NCBI GenBank assembly: GCA_034717975.1
Contig: JAYEMF010000085.1
Location: forward strand, 1 to 40,089
DNA length: 40,089 nt
Direction: 5' to 3'
DNA from: Campylobacterota bacterium
GTDB lineage: Bacteria; Campylobacterota; Campylobacteria; Campylobacterales; Sulfurimonadaceae
The notes under the pieces were generated by a model. That model was not told the origin of the DNA, searched no databases, and saw only the letters and a program-made list of their open reading frames with translations. Both the position numbers and the translations under genes were made by a program. Below, one piece after another: positions 1 to 9,044 of the stretch; positions within the stretch are counted from its first letter, which is position 1; each line of letters begins with the position of its first letter.

Positions 1-53
1 AACAATTAATTATCAAAATGATAATATTTTCAATAAACACCGAGGAGAAGAGA

Positions 54-290
54 ATGACACATGAAGAGTTTAAAGCCCTGGATGAAGATTTTGAAGTCTG
101 CTTATGCAATGGAGTGATATTGGGTGAAATATTGACGGCTGTAAAAAATGGGCATGATACTGTTGAAGCACTCATGGACGAAACAGCCGCAGGAACATCT
201 TGTGAGCTGTGTCAAAGTAGAGAGATCGATGAAGATGAGGATCGTGAGCTTCACCTTGATGAGATACTGGAGTTTTCGAAAAAGGGATGA
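54..290 (+). CDS. BFD-like [2Fe-2S]-binding protein
   Basis: VCLCNGV...GTSCELC motif (CxC...CxxC), as in the Bfd/NifU central domain. The start was moved to ATG 54 because GAGGAG lies at 42-47. Confidence 0.8.
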   Translation: MTHEEFKALDEDFEVCLCNGVILGEILTAVKNGHDTVEALMDETAAGTSCELCQSREIDEDEDRELHLDEILEFSKKG

Positions 291-703
291 GAGTGTTAAC
301 ACTCAGGATACAAGCCTATCCAGGCGATCTTAACCCCATGGGTACGGTTTTTGGCGGGTGGATCATGTCCATGATGGACAAAGCTGCATCCATAGCAGTA
401 GGCGACATAATAGATACGACCGCGGTTACGGTTGCCGTGAGTGATCTTCATTTTATCAAGCCTATTCAGAATGGTGATGTCGTTACAATACATACGACCA
501 TAAGTAAAGTTGGTAAAAGTTCTATTGCCGTCTATGTCGAAGCGGATGTATTGTGTCGTAAGTCCCACTGCGATGTACGATGTGAGATGAGGGTAACCGA
601 TGCGACTTTTACATTTGTGGCGGTTGATAAAAACGGTGGACCGGTTAATATAAGGTCCGTATTGAGAGGAAATCTGCCTCAAGGGGTGGAAGAACTATTA
701 TGA
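287..703 (+). CDS. Acyl-CoA thioesterase (hotdog fold, YciA-like)
   Basis: PGDLNPMGTVFGGWIMSMMDKAA motif and C-terminal ATFTFVAVD; ATGA overlap with the upstream gene. Confidence 0.9.
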   Translation: MRVLTLRIQAYPGDLNPMGTVFGGWIMSMMDKAASIAVGDIIDTTAVTVAVSDLHFIKPIQNGDVVTIHTTISKVGKSSIAVYVEADVLCRKSHCDVRCEMRVTDATFTFVAVDKNGGPVNIRSVLRGNLPQGVEELL

Positions 704-723
704 TGTGAGGGTACACAGCAGGC

Positions 724-1587
724 ATGAAAGAGATTATAAATATTTACAAGAGTAACAAGATAGCAATAGAAAATTATATTCATGCAATTGTTACAAGTCT
801 GCCTGGTGACTATATGGACTCGGCAGACAAGGTACTGAAAAAATACAATTTTATACAACTCATGTATGAAGTAGACAAAGAGTATAGGCAGACAAGTCCT
901 ATAGTATGCCGACAAGACAAGAAGCGTGAGGGGATAGGCAGTGACAAGAGCCACTATTTTACAAGATTCAAGCTGGACAAAAAAGGATTGTTTATATCCA
1001 ATCCCTACATCCATTACCGCACAGGAAAAGCAAGTATATCCGTTGTTATAGCCGATAGTGACATGTATAAGATCTTTGATATCAATCTTATTCAGCTATT
1101 GGAACATCTAAAGATGATAGAGCACAATACTCCCTATGAGCGATTTAAAAAAGTAATCTACTCCATAGGGTCTGTATTTTTGTCTGTAGTATCCATTATG
1201 TTGATAGTATATGGCGGATATATTTTTGTAAAACTCCTGTTCTTCTCGGCTGATATGGATTTTCTGCAGGACATCTTTAAATCTATTATCTCGATAACAT
1301 TGGGCCTGGCAATATTTGATCTGGCAAAACAGATATTTGAACACGAAGTACTGTTTCATTCGTTTCAACACCCTGAAGACAGGCAATATAAGGTACTTGG
1401 GAAATTCTTGATCTCTATCGTGATCGCCCTCTCCATAGAGACCCTGATGGTAGTTTTTAAAATTGCGCTTGATGATTATACGCAGATGTTGGCGGCATTT
1501 TACCTTATGATCGGTACGACCTTGATGTTCGTTGGACTGGGTTATTATTACAAAATACTCAGGGGTGCCGAGAGGAGTGAAAAATAA
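724..1587 (+). CDS. Membrane protein with N-terminal PDC/Cache-like soluble domain and C-terminal PsiE-like 4-TM domain
   Basis: DKSHYF...FISNPYIHYRTGKASISV resembles the Cache-domain signature; four hydrophobic helices at the C-terminus. Confidence 0.65.
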   Translation: MKEIINIYKSNKIAIENYIHAIVTSLPGDYMDSADKVLKKYNFIQLMYEVDKEYRQTSPIVCRQDKKREGIGSDKSHYFTRFKLDKKGLFISNPYIHYRTGKASISVVIADSDMYKIFDINLIQLLEHLKMIEHNTPYERFKKVIYSIGSVFLSVVSIMLIVYGGYIFVKLLFFSADMDFLQDIFKSIISITLGLAIFDLAKQIFEHEVLFHSFQHPEDRQYKVLGKFLISIVIALSIETLMVVFKIALDDYTQMLAAFYLMIGTTLMFVGLGYYYKILRGAERSEK

Positions 1588-1619
1588 TAAAAAAGATACC
1601 CCCTGCAGGTGTGTTTCAG

Positions 1620-1862
1620 TTTTAATGGTTCACTATCAAATGGTGAAATTGTGTCTTGTCGAATTGTTTAAGACGACTGGGAAAATGTCTATGTCAATGT
1701 CAAGCGCACTCAAGACCGCCTTTCCAATGCCTTCATGGTTGAGTTTTACAATGTTGAGTTTAAAAGTTTGAAATCGCACAATGCGATATCAAGTTTATGG
1801 GGAGGAACGAGAAAAAACCCTTATGCCTTGACTGAGCAGGGTGTCTACATGTATGGCCTGGT
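1620..1862 (+). pseudogene. Degenerate ORF6N (KilA-N-like, phage antirepressor-type) DNA-binding domain remnant
   Basis: The frame starting at 1681 reads VKRTQDRLSNAFMVEF...EFKSLKSHNAISSLWGGTRKNPYALTEQGVYM, matching my recollection of the ORF6N consensus VKRN.ERFP.DFMF...WGG.RK.PYAFTEQGV.ML. There is an in-frame TAA at 1669. An LVELFKTT segment lies in another frame. Boundaries are approximate. Confidence 0.75.
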
Positions 1863-1863
1863 A

Positions 1864-3099
1864 CTAGTCAGTAACTGCCGGCTTTCTACATTCTCTTTTA
1901 TTCATCTCATCCACAATCTTAGTCACACACATATCGGATGTTACATTCAGTGATGTACGTGCCATATCCAGAATTCTGTCAACCGCGACAATGAGTGCCA
2001 GATACTCCACCGGCAGACCGATCTGCTGCAAAATGACCACCATCATTACCAGTGATGCCGAAGGCAGGGCTGCCACACCGACACTGAGAGCCACTACGGT
2101 GATCCCCAGCAACAGCTGATCGCCTACAGTGAGTACCGTTCCTGAAAGATTGGCGATGTACAAGACGGCGATACTCAGATAGGCTGCTGTACCATCCATC
2201 GACACCGTTGCACCCAGAGGCAGAACAAAGGCGGCACTATCTTTGGAAACACCCCCTTTCTCCTGGGCAACCTTCATACTGACCGGCAGGGTGGCTGCAC
2301 TTGATGCCGTTGAAAATGCCATCAGCGGTACCTCTTTAATACGCTGCAGATAGCGGTAGGGGTTTACTCTCCCAAATATGGTGATCACAGCAGGAAGCGT
2401 GATCAGTCCGTGAATAAGCAGAACAGCCAGAACGAGCAGTATATATTTCCACAGACCAATGATCACTTCGATTCCCTGCTCGGCAACGATATAACTGATC
2501 AGGGAGAAGACACCCAGCGGGGTGAGTGCGACAATCCACTCGGCGATCTTGAGCATAGCGCTGCTGATAGCGGTAAAAAAGTCGAGCATGGCATCCTGGT
2601 GCTCCTGTTTGAGATAGAGGCTGGCTACACTCAAGAAGATGGCAAAAACGATAACCTGCATCATATTGCCGCCGGCAAGGGCATGAAAGATATTGGTCGG
2701 GATGAAACTAAGTAACATAGCCTGCAGTGAGAAGGGGGCGACATCGTGCGCTTTGGCAAACTCCAGCCCCTCCGAAGAGACGGCCTCACCGATAGGAAAA
2801 AGGTTGATGGCGACAATGGCCAGGAGTACGGCCATGGCTGTGGTTATCACGTAAAGTCCGATGGTTTTAAGGCCGATTCTTTTGAGCTGTTCGAGTGAAC
2901 CCAGTCCGGCAATCGCAACATAGATTGAGGCAAATACCAAGGGGACGACAAGCATTTTCAAGAAGCTGACAAATGCTTTTCCGATCACCTCCTGTTTAAG
3001 GGCATATTCCGGCAGGAACATCCCGAAGGCGATACCGAAAATGATGCCGAGTACGACAAGCGTATTGGTGGTCAAGTGGTTTTTAAGCGTCGAAAACAT
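1864..3099 (-). CDS. Dicarboxylate/amino acid:cation symporter (DAACS, GltP/SstT family)
   Basis: AFSTASSAATLP, VLPLGATVSMDG and DRILDMARTSLNVTSD motifs. Confidence 0.93.
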   Translation of the reverse strand: MFSTLKNHLTTNTLVVLGIIFGIAFGMFLPEYALKQEVIGKAFVSFLKMLVVPLVFASIYVAIAGLGSLEQLKRIGLKTIGLYVITTAMAVLLAIVAINLFPIGEAVSSEGLEFAKAHDVAPFSLQAMLLSFIPTNIFHALAGGNMMQVIVFAIFLSVASLYLKQEHQDAMLDFFTAISSAMLKIAEWIVALTPLGVFSLISYIVAEQGIEVIIGLWKYILLVLAVLLIHGLITLPAVITIFGRVNPYRYLQRIKEVPLMAFSTASSAATLPVSMKVAQEKGGVSKDSAAFVLPLGATVSMDGTAAYLSIAVLYIANLSGTVLTVGDQLLLGITVVALSVGVAALPSASLVMMVVILQQIGLPVEYLALIVAVDRILDMARTSLNVTSDMCVTKIVDEMNKRECRKPAVTD

Positions 3100-3248
3100 T
3101 ATTGTTGAGATCCTTTTAGATTACCCTCTATTATGGGCAAAAGTATACCGATATTCTCCTTGACACTGTTCCAGTCAAAACGGTTTTTAGCTTGCTTTTA
3201 AAGAAGCGTCGGCACAATGTGGTATGAAATCACTATTAGGATAGAGAG

Positions 3249-4607
3249 ATGCAGCCAGAAGCGTTAGCACAGACAAAAAAGATTGGACTTGGCCTGGTGC
3301 TTGCCTTGATCGCCTTTTTGGCGATGATGCCATTTTTCACTATACCGCAATCGCTTTTGGTAGCATCGATCGTTCTTCTGGTGACACTGTGGACCAATGA
3401 AGGTGTGCCTCTGGGTGTTGTCTCGTTACTGCCGATCATCCTCTTTCCCTCTTTTGGCATTCTGAGCACAGCCGAAACAACGGCGAACTATGCCAAACCG
3501 ATTATCTATCTTTTTCTTGGCGGATTTCTACTGGCCATTGCCGTCGAGAAGACTGATCTTCATCGATGGATAGCCAATAAGATTCTGGGACTCTTTCCCA
3601 ACACCGCCAGGGGTATTATCTTTGCATTGATCATTACATCGGGACTATTGAGCTCAGTTCTCTCCAATACGACCACGACACTGCTTCTTCTGCCGATTGC
3701 CCTGTTTTTGAGTGAAGACAATCGATTGAAGCTGCGCTTTGCCCTGGGGATAGCTTACGGGGCAAGTGTCGGAGGTATTCTAACACCGATCGGAACGCCG
3801 CCAAATCTAATTTTAATGGGGATCATGGAAGAGCATGGTATGGAAGCCATACCGTTTGTTCAATGGATGTGGATGGTGGCGCCGCTGGTTATTGTGATGT
3901 TTGTTATTGTGGGCGTGATTTTGAGTATGGGATTGAAAGATCTGCATATTGATCCGGATCTCGATACACCCCCACTTGACCCGGCGCAGAAAAAAGTGAT
4001 GTATCTGTTGATGGGTGTTATTTTTCTGCTCTTTATCAATGCCCCGATAAAACCATTTTACAGCGGCCTGGGACTCAGTGAACCGGGCATTTTACTGGGT
4101 GCGGGGCTGCTGCTGTTCGCTCCGCCCTTTTCCATTTTGGAGTGGACGGAAGATAAAGCTAAAATCGCATTCAGGATCATGTTCTTGTTTGGTGCAGGTT
4201 TTGCCATTGCGATGGCCTTCACCAAGACGGGTATGGCAGATGAGGTCGCTTCGTATCTCGTTGCCTTGACAACTTTGCCGGTTATTCTTTTTATGCTCGC
4301 CGTTGCCGCACTGGTTACGTTTACGACGGAAATTACGAGCAATACGGCGTTAATCTCTATTATGCTGCCTATTTTGTACTCTGTGACACTCAAAACCGGT
4401 CTGGACAGTACTCTTTTTATGATGGTAGCTACGGTCTGTGCGAGTTACGCGTTTATGCTGCCTATCGCAACACCGCCTAATGCCATCGCAATGAGCAGCG
4501 GCGTGGTCGATGTCAAGACGATGGCGAAATATGGGGTGGTCCTGAATATTATCGGGATTTTATCTATCGTGCTGGTTGGGCAGTTATTATGGAAGCATGT
4601 ACTTTAA
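3249..4607 (+). CDS. DASS/SLC13 sodium:dicarboxylate/anion symporter
   Basis: Two SNT motifs (LSNTTT, TSNTA), plus TPIGTPPN and FMLPIATPPNAI. Confidence 0.93.
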   Translation: MQPEALAQTKKIGLGLVLALIAFLAMMPFFTIPQSLLVASIVLLVTLWTNEGVPLGVVSLLPIILFPSFGILSTAETTANYAKPIIYLFLGGFLLAIAVEKTDLHRWIANKILGLFPNTARGIIFALIITSGLLSSVLSNTTTTLLLLPIALFLSEDNRLKLRFALGIAYGASVGGILTPIGTPPNLILMGIMEEHGMEAIPFVQWMWMVAPLVIVMFVIVGVILSMGLKDLHIDPDLDTPPLDPAQKKVMYLLMGVIFLLFINAPIKPFYSGLGLSEPGILLGAGLLLFAPPFSILEWTEDKAKIAFRIMFLFGAGFAIAMAFTKTGMADEVASYLVALTTLPVILFMLAVAALVTFTTEITSNTALISIMLPILYSVTLKTGLDSTLFMMVATVCASYAFMLPIATPPNAIAMSSGVVDVKTMAKYGVVLNIIGILSIVLVGQLLWKHVL

Positions 4608-5794
4608 AAGTCGTAGTTGCCGATAACCCGTAGATAGCCGCCGTCTAAGGTCTCTTTTTCATAATCCATCACTTCATAACGGATGTAGAGTGAGGTGTTG
4701 GTGTTGATATAGTGCCGAAAATGTGCATAATAGGCATCGAAACTGTTGCCACGGCTGTCATCTACCCTGGTATTGGTGTAGTGCAGGGCAACTTCGCTCT
4801 GTCCCCATTCGTACACTGGAAAATCATAGGCGGTGCTTAACATCCAGGTTTCCGGTTTGAAATTTCCGCGTCCGCTGGCGATCATGGAGGTGGTAAAGAG
4901 TTTGGTGCTGCCGCCGTAACCCTTCAGAAGACCGCTGATCCCAAAATTTTGTGAGTAGTTCAGGCCAATATCCCAGTTTTCTGTTTCGGTTGAGATCCGC
5001 AGGGCGACAAGGTCGATCTCATCCCCTCCTCTAAGACTCTCTGTAACGGCATATTCGCCACCATTACCACTTTTGATATACTGAGCTCCCAGACAGAAAA
5101 AGAGATCTTCATCGACGGGATATTTATAGTCGGCCTGGGCGACAAAGGTGTCGAAGAGTTTCGGTGCATAATAGTAGAAGCCAAAGAGGGAGAGTTCCTG
5201 ATTGACATCGTAGTGGAGGCCAAACATTGTCACACCATCTTCTATAGTACCACTGGCACTCTCCTTTTTATAGCTATCAGAGGTGTAAGAGCGTGTATGG
5301 GTGATGTGATTGAGCTGGATACGGATACCGGCTCTAGGCGTACTGGTAAATGCGATCCCCCGGTAACTCCAGGGAACGATACGGGAGGTGTCGTCATTCA
5401 TCATGGGTGTATTGAGCCGAAAGTTTCCCACTTTAAGGACACGCTGGTTGCGGCGATATCCAAGAAATGATTCACTCACAGCAGTGAATGAACTAGCCTC
5501 TTTATCGTTGTTAAATAAAAAAGTCAGTGCTTCATTCTGTTTTGATCCAATAGCATTGGAGGTGTGAAACCCCACCTTGGCATAGAGCTCATTCCAGTTG
5601 CCGGTTGTGTATTGAAGATGGCCGCCGAGTGATGTGGCATAGCTCTCAGGAAGATTTTCCAGATCAAGATCATAATAAAAGAGTTTAACTGAGCCTTTGA
5701 CTGCTCCATTCTGTATCGCTTCATTGAAGGAAACTGCACTTGCATAAAAGGGGAAAAGAAGGAGAAAAACAGGGATTGAGCGGGCGATAATCAT
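4604..5794 (-). CDS. OprD-family outer membrane porin
   Basis: Signal peptide ending YASA, alternating beta-strand pattern, and C-terminal YLRVIGNYDF ending in Phe. Start at ATG 5794 is preferred (AAGG upstream); the ORF extends to 5842. Confidence 0.78.
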   Translation of the reverse strand: MIIARSIPVFLLLFPFYASAVSFNEAIQNGAVKGSVKLFYYDLDLENLPESYATSLGGHLQYTTGNWNELYAKVGFHTSNAIGSKQNEALTFLFNNDKEASSFTAVSESFLGYRRNQRVLKVGNFRLNTPMMNDDTSRIVPWSYRGIAFTSTPRAGIRIQLNHITHTRSYTSDSYKKESASGTIEDGVTMFGLHYDVNQELSLFGFYYYAPKLFDTFVAQADYKYPVDEDLFFCLGAQYIKSGNGGEYAVTESLRGGDEIDLVALRISTETENWDIGLNYSQNFGISGLLKGYGGSTKLFTTSMIASGRGNFKPETWMLSTAYDFPVYEWGQSEVALHYTNTRVDDSRGNSFDAYYAHFRHYINTNTSLYIRYEVMDYEKETLDGGYLRVIGNYDF

Positions 5795-5858
5795 TACTTT
5801 AACCTTAATGGCAACTTTTGTAGAGAGAGGTTGTTTTATCATTTTAAACTAGCTTAGC

Positions 5859-5864
5859 TATAAT
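5859..5864 (+). promoter_or_regulatory. Putative sigma70 -10 box for the ferredoxin-panD operon
   Basis: gcTATAAT about 45 bp upstream of ATG 5907. Confidence 0.55.
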
Positions 5865-5906
5865 TCCAGACTTAAATTTTAGCATTAACTACTAAAGGAA
5901 ACTATT

Positions 5907-6281
5907 ATGGGTATACCACAGCCAGCTTTTTATATTTTCAAGTGTGAGCAGTCTGCTCCTCCGGGCATGCCAAAACCATCATGTGTCACACCACAGACTC
6001 AGGACCTTTTCCAGCATTTAGCACAAACTTTAATGCAAAAAGGTATAATTGGAACAGTACAACCTATTCGTACGGCATGTCTGAACCGTTGTAATGCCGG
6101 TCCGGTAATGCTTGTAGAGCCGGGTCACGTAATGTATGCGGGTCTGGACAAAGATAAGATCAGCCGTATCATCGATGAGCATATCATCGGTGGAAGACCG
6201 GTTGAAGAGTACATCATCGACGCTGAGTTGTGGGATGATGCTATTTCGCCTTCTGACATGATGGCGCAGATGGGTCAATAA
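5907..6281 (+). CDS. Thioredoxin-like [2Fe-2S] ferredoxin
   Basis: IFKC...SC...TACLNRCNAGPVMLVEPGHVMY motif with four Cys. Confidence 0.88.
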   Translation: MGIPQPAFYIFKCEQSAPPGMPKPSCVTPQTQDLFQHLAQTLMQKGIIGTVQPIRTACLNRCNAGPVMLVEPGHVMYAGLDKDKISRIIDEHIIGGRPVEEYIIDAELWDDAISPSDMMAQMGQ

Positions 6282-6293
6282 GGAAAGTTTTTC

Positions 6294-6659
6294 ATGACTA
6301 TCGAGATGCTATACAGTAAAATCCACCGCGCGACCGTAACCGATGCAAACCTCAATTATGTAGGTTCCATCACGATCGATGAGGAACTGCTTGAAGCTTC
6401 AAAAATGCGTGTGGGTCAAAAAGTAGAGATCTTAAACATCAACAATGGTGAACGGTTCTCTACTTATGTTATTTTGGGTGAGCGCGGTAAACGTGAGATC
6501 TGCCTGAACGGTGCTGCCGCACGTAAGGTTCATAAAGGCGATAAAGTGATTATCGTAGCCTATGCGACCTATGATGAAAAAGATCTTGAAACCTATGAGC
6601 CGGCCGTTGTCCTTGTAGATGATGACAACAATATCACGGAACGGTTGACGAGTATCTGA
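6294..6659 (+). CDS. panD: Aspartate 1-decarboxylase
   Basis: [17 protein letters not shown] self-cleavage site, NNGERFSTY and ICLNGAAAR. Confidence 0.97.
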   Translation: MTIEMLYSKIHRATVTDANLNYVGSITIDEELLEASKMRVGQKVEILNINNGERFSTYVILGERGKREICLNGAAARKVHKGDKVIIVAYATYDEKDLETYEPAVVLVDDDNNITERLTSI

Positions 6660-6967
6660 TGTTCGGCAATATGGGCGATATGACAAAACTGCTTGAGGGA
6701 ATGCAAGAGCAGGCAAACAAAATGGAGAGTGAACTCGAGTCCAAAGAGTTTACGGTCAAAACCGGCGGCGGCATGGTGGCAGTGACCATCAGCGGCAAAG
6801 GCGAAGTGATCGATGTCTCCATTGACGACTCTCTTCTTGAAGATAAAGAGTCTCTTCAGATCCTGCTTATCGCAGCTGTCAACGACGCTAACAAGATGGT
6901 CGAAGACAACAAGAAAAACAGTGCGATGGGTATGCTTGGCGGTATGAATCCGTTCGGACAGAGCTAA
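6659..6967 (+). CDS. ybaB: YbaB/EbfC nucleoid-associated protein
   Basis: GGGMVAVTISGKGEV...LIAAVNDA pattern. Confidence 0.92.
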   Translation: MFGNMGDMTKLLEGMQEQANKMESELESKEFTVKTGGGMVAVTISGKGEVIDVSIDDSLLEDKESLQILLIAAVNDANKMVEDNKKNSAMGMLGGMNPFGQS

Positions 6968-6970
6968 CCA

Positions 6971-8080
6971 ATGCATCCAACGCTAACCCGTGGCGTTGAA
7001 CATACACATCCAACGCTGACCAATGGCGTTGAACACACGCATCCAACGCTAACCAATGGCGTTGAACATACACATCCAGCGCGGACCAATGGCACTGAAC
7101 ACACGCGAGTTATTTTTCTGGTCCTACTTTTTTTAACCACCTCTCTTTCCGCCTGCAGCGGAGATTTTGCTTTATGTAAACAGAAATTTATCGATGCTCA
7201 GGTACTTGATGGCAACCGCTTGCTGCTTCCTGTCACTGAAACAACCAATCTGCTTTACAGTTCGACGGTTCCAAAGAGGGAAGTTGTCAAAGCTGACCCT
7301 TTTCTTGGTCTTTATCTGGTCAAAAGTACTAAATCATTTGAACACCCCTACACGATGACATCAAAAAAAGCCTCCGAAGTGGCCGCTGTTGATACCTATA
7401 TGGCACTACCGGGTAAACTGCGTCGTTCCCAGAGTGGATTGAACAGACTGGCACAATTCAATCAGCCGCTTTTTGCTCCATGTATCATTAATGATACCTG
7501 CTGTGCTTTGGAAGGGATCGTAACCCATCAGGGGATCATCGAAAAAGCGTACATTCGCCACTTTTTGGACTCTGACATACCTGCATACGGTGATGCCGGT
7601 ATGCGGCTTAAAGAGCGCGGTGGTCAGATTGTGATAGAAAGTATTGATCCTTTTGTTGAGAATAATCCTTTTCAAAGCGGCGATAAAATTCTGCGTTATG
7701 AAGGCAAAAAAGTCCGTTCATTAAAGGCTTTGGATCAAAGTATCTTGCTTGGCGGTACTGGCAAAGCATGTAACTTTTCCCTTGAGCGTCAGGGCAAACC
7801 ACTCAACGTGACAGCGATGATAGGCAAACGCTATGGCGGCGGTCTGATCAGTGATACTTATCTGGAACGTAAAGGCTTCTTCCTCGATCGGGGTCTTATA
7901 GTTACCAGATCGACGGAGAGTATTAAAGCAGGGGATAAACTGATCCGCGTCAATTCGCGAGCAGTCTCTACATGGGAAGATGTTCGTCACTTTTTGAGGT
8001 ATGGCCAGGGGAAAGCGGTCCTGCTTTTTGAACGTGAAGGCTTTCAGTTCTTTATCCATGTGAACTTTCATCAATCATAA
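6971..8080 (+). CDS. Exported PDZ-domain protein with a 44-aa N-terminal repeat insertion
   Basis: Signal-like RVIFLVLLFLTTSLSAC and two PDZ-like segments (GDKILRYEG, GDKLIRVNS). Position after panD-ybaB matches the order known in Campylobacterota. Confidence 0.8.
   Translation: MHPTLTRGVEHTHPTLTNGVEHTHPTLTNGVEHTHPARTNGTEHTRVIFLVLLFLTTSLSACSGDFALCKQKFIDAQVLDGNRLLLPVTETTNLLYSSTVPKREVVKADPFLGLYLVKSTKSFEHPYTMTSKKASEVAAVDTYMALPGKLRRSQSGLNRLAQFNQPLFAPCIINDTCCALEGIVTHQGIIEKAYIRHFLDSDIPAYGDAGMRLKERGGQIVIESIDPFVENNPFQSGDKILRYEGKKVRSLKALDQSILLGGTGKACNFSLERQGKPLNVTAMIGKRYGGGLISDTYLERKGFFLDRGLIVTRSTESIKAGDKLIRVNSRAVSTWEDVRHFLRYGQGKAVLLFEREGFQFFIHVNFHQS
6974..7105. repeat. Tandem array of four 33-bp palindromic units
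   Basis: Units 6974-7006, 7007-7039, 7040-7072 and 7073-7105; approximate consensus CATCCAACGCTRACCAATGGCGTTGAACAYACR; internal inverted repeat CAACGC...GCGTTG. Confidence 0.95.
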
Positions 8081-8122
8081 GCCTAAAAGTGCTAAAATTC
8101 CTCAAAAATTCAGCAGGTCACT

Positions 8123-8968
8123 ATGCAGCAGTTTGAAGCGTTTTTAAACGCCAATCTTCCATCAGCACCGAGTTTTCACCCGCACTATGAAAAAGCGTTG
8201 CACGACATGCTTCTGGCCGGTGGAAAACGATTCCGTCCTATGCTCTTGCTCGGTGTCGTTAAAGCGTATAACCCTCTTTTACTCGATGCTGCCAATCATG
8301 CTGCTTATGCTATTGAATTGCTGCACACCTATTCGCTGATACATGATGACCTCCCCGCCATGGATGATGCCGACCTGCGTCGAGGTGAACCTACACTGCA
8401 TAAGAGTTATGATGAGGTGACGGCAATTCTCGTTGGTGATGCACTCAATACGTATGCTTTTGAACTGCTTTCAAAAGCACCTTTTTCTGATGCAGTCCGT
8501 GTCCGCCTGATCCGTGAATTGGCAGAAAATGGTGGTTTGGGAGGCATGGTGCTTGGACAGGCGATTGATTGCCATTTTGAAAATCAACCGCTCTCACTGG
8601 AGCAGATTAAACTGCTGCATACAAATAAAACAGCAAAACTGATTGCTGCTTCACTGAAGATGGGTGCGATCATCTCCGGACAGAAAGCCCTTGAAAAGAC
8701 GATCTATGATTTTGGAATCAGACTGGGACTGCTATTCCAGATTCAGGATGATATTCTGGATGTGACGATGAGCAGCGAAGAGGCAGGTAAGACGACCAAT
8801 AATGACGAAGATAAAAACAGCTTTGTCACTATTCTCGGATTTGATGAGACAATGAAGCAGGCGAATGAACTTGCAGATGAATTGACCGAACAGATCAAGA
8901 ACTTTGATGAGAATTTACAGAGTGAATTGTCACCAATGCTTTTGAAGTATATCAATAGGCATAAATAA
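8123..8968 (+). CDS. ispA: Polyprenyl synthetase (geranyltranstransferase)
   Basis: GGKRFRP, SLIHDDLPAMDD..LRRG and FQIQDDILD motifs. Confidence 0.92.
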   Translation: MQQFEAFLNANLPSAPSFHPHYEKALHDMLLAGGKRFRPMLLLGVVKAYNPLLLDAANHAAYAIELLHTYSLIHDDLPAMDDADLRRGEPTLHKSYDEVTAILVGDALNTYAFELLSKAPFSDAVRVRLIRELAENGGLGGMVLGQAIDCHFENQPLSLEQIKLLHTNKTAKLIAASLKMGAIISGQKALEKTIYDFGIRLGLLFQIQDDILDVTMSSEEAGKTTNNDEDKNSFVTILGFDETMKQANELADELTEQIKNFDENLQSELSPMLLKYINRHK

Positions 8969-8983
8969 AATCGTTAGCGATTT

Positions 8984-9044
8984 GGGCTTCCTGCCGAAGG
9001 AAACTCAGTGTTAGCGTAGCTATTGGGGCTTTTGCTCCAGTGGC
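8984..9044 (+). repeat. Dispersed structured element, copy 1
   Basis: 36-bp core 8984-9019 is 35/36 identical to 23697-23732; followed by an 11-bp hairpin at 9019-9044. Confidence 0.85.

Noticed and set aside
1735..1953. 72-aa ORF as an intact gene
   Set aside because: It starts mid-domain and runs antisense into the transporter; treated as a pseudogene fragment.
7046..7053. Shared 8-mer GTTAGCGT between the 33-bp unit (minus strand) and the dispersed element
   Set aside because: Too short to claim common origin without more copies.
6974..7105. CRISPR array interpretation of the 33-bp palindromic repeats
   Set aside because: The units are contiguous with no unique spacers, and no cas genes are in the window.
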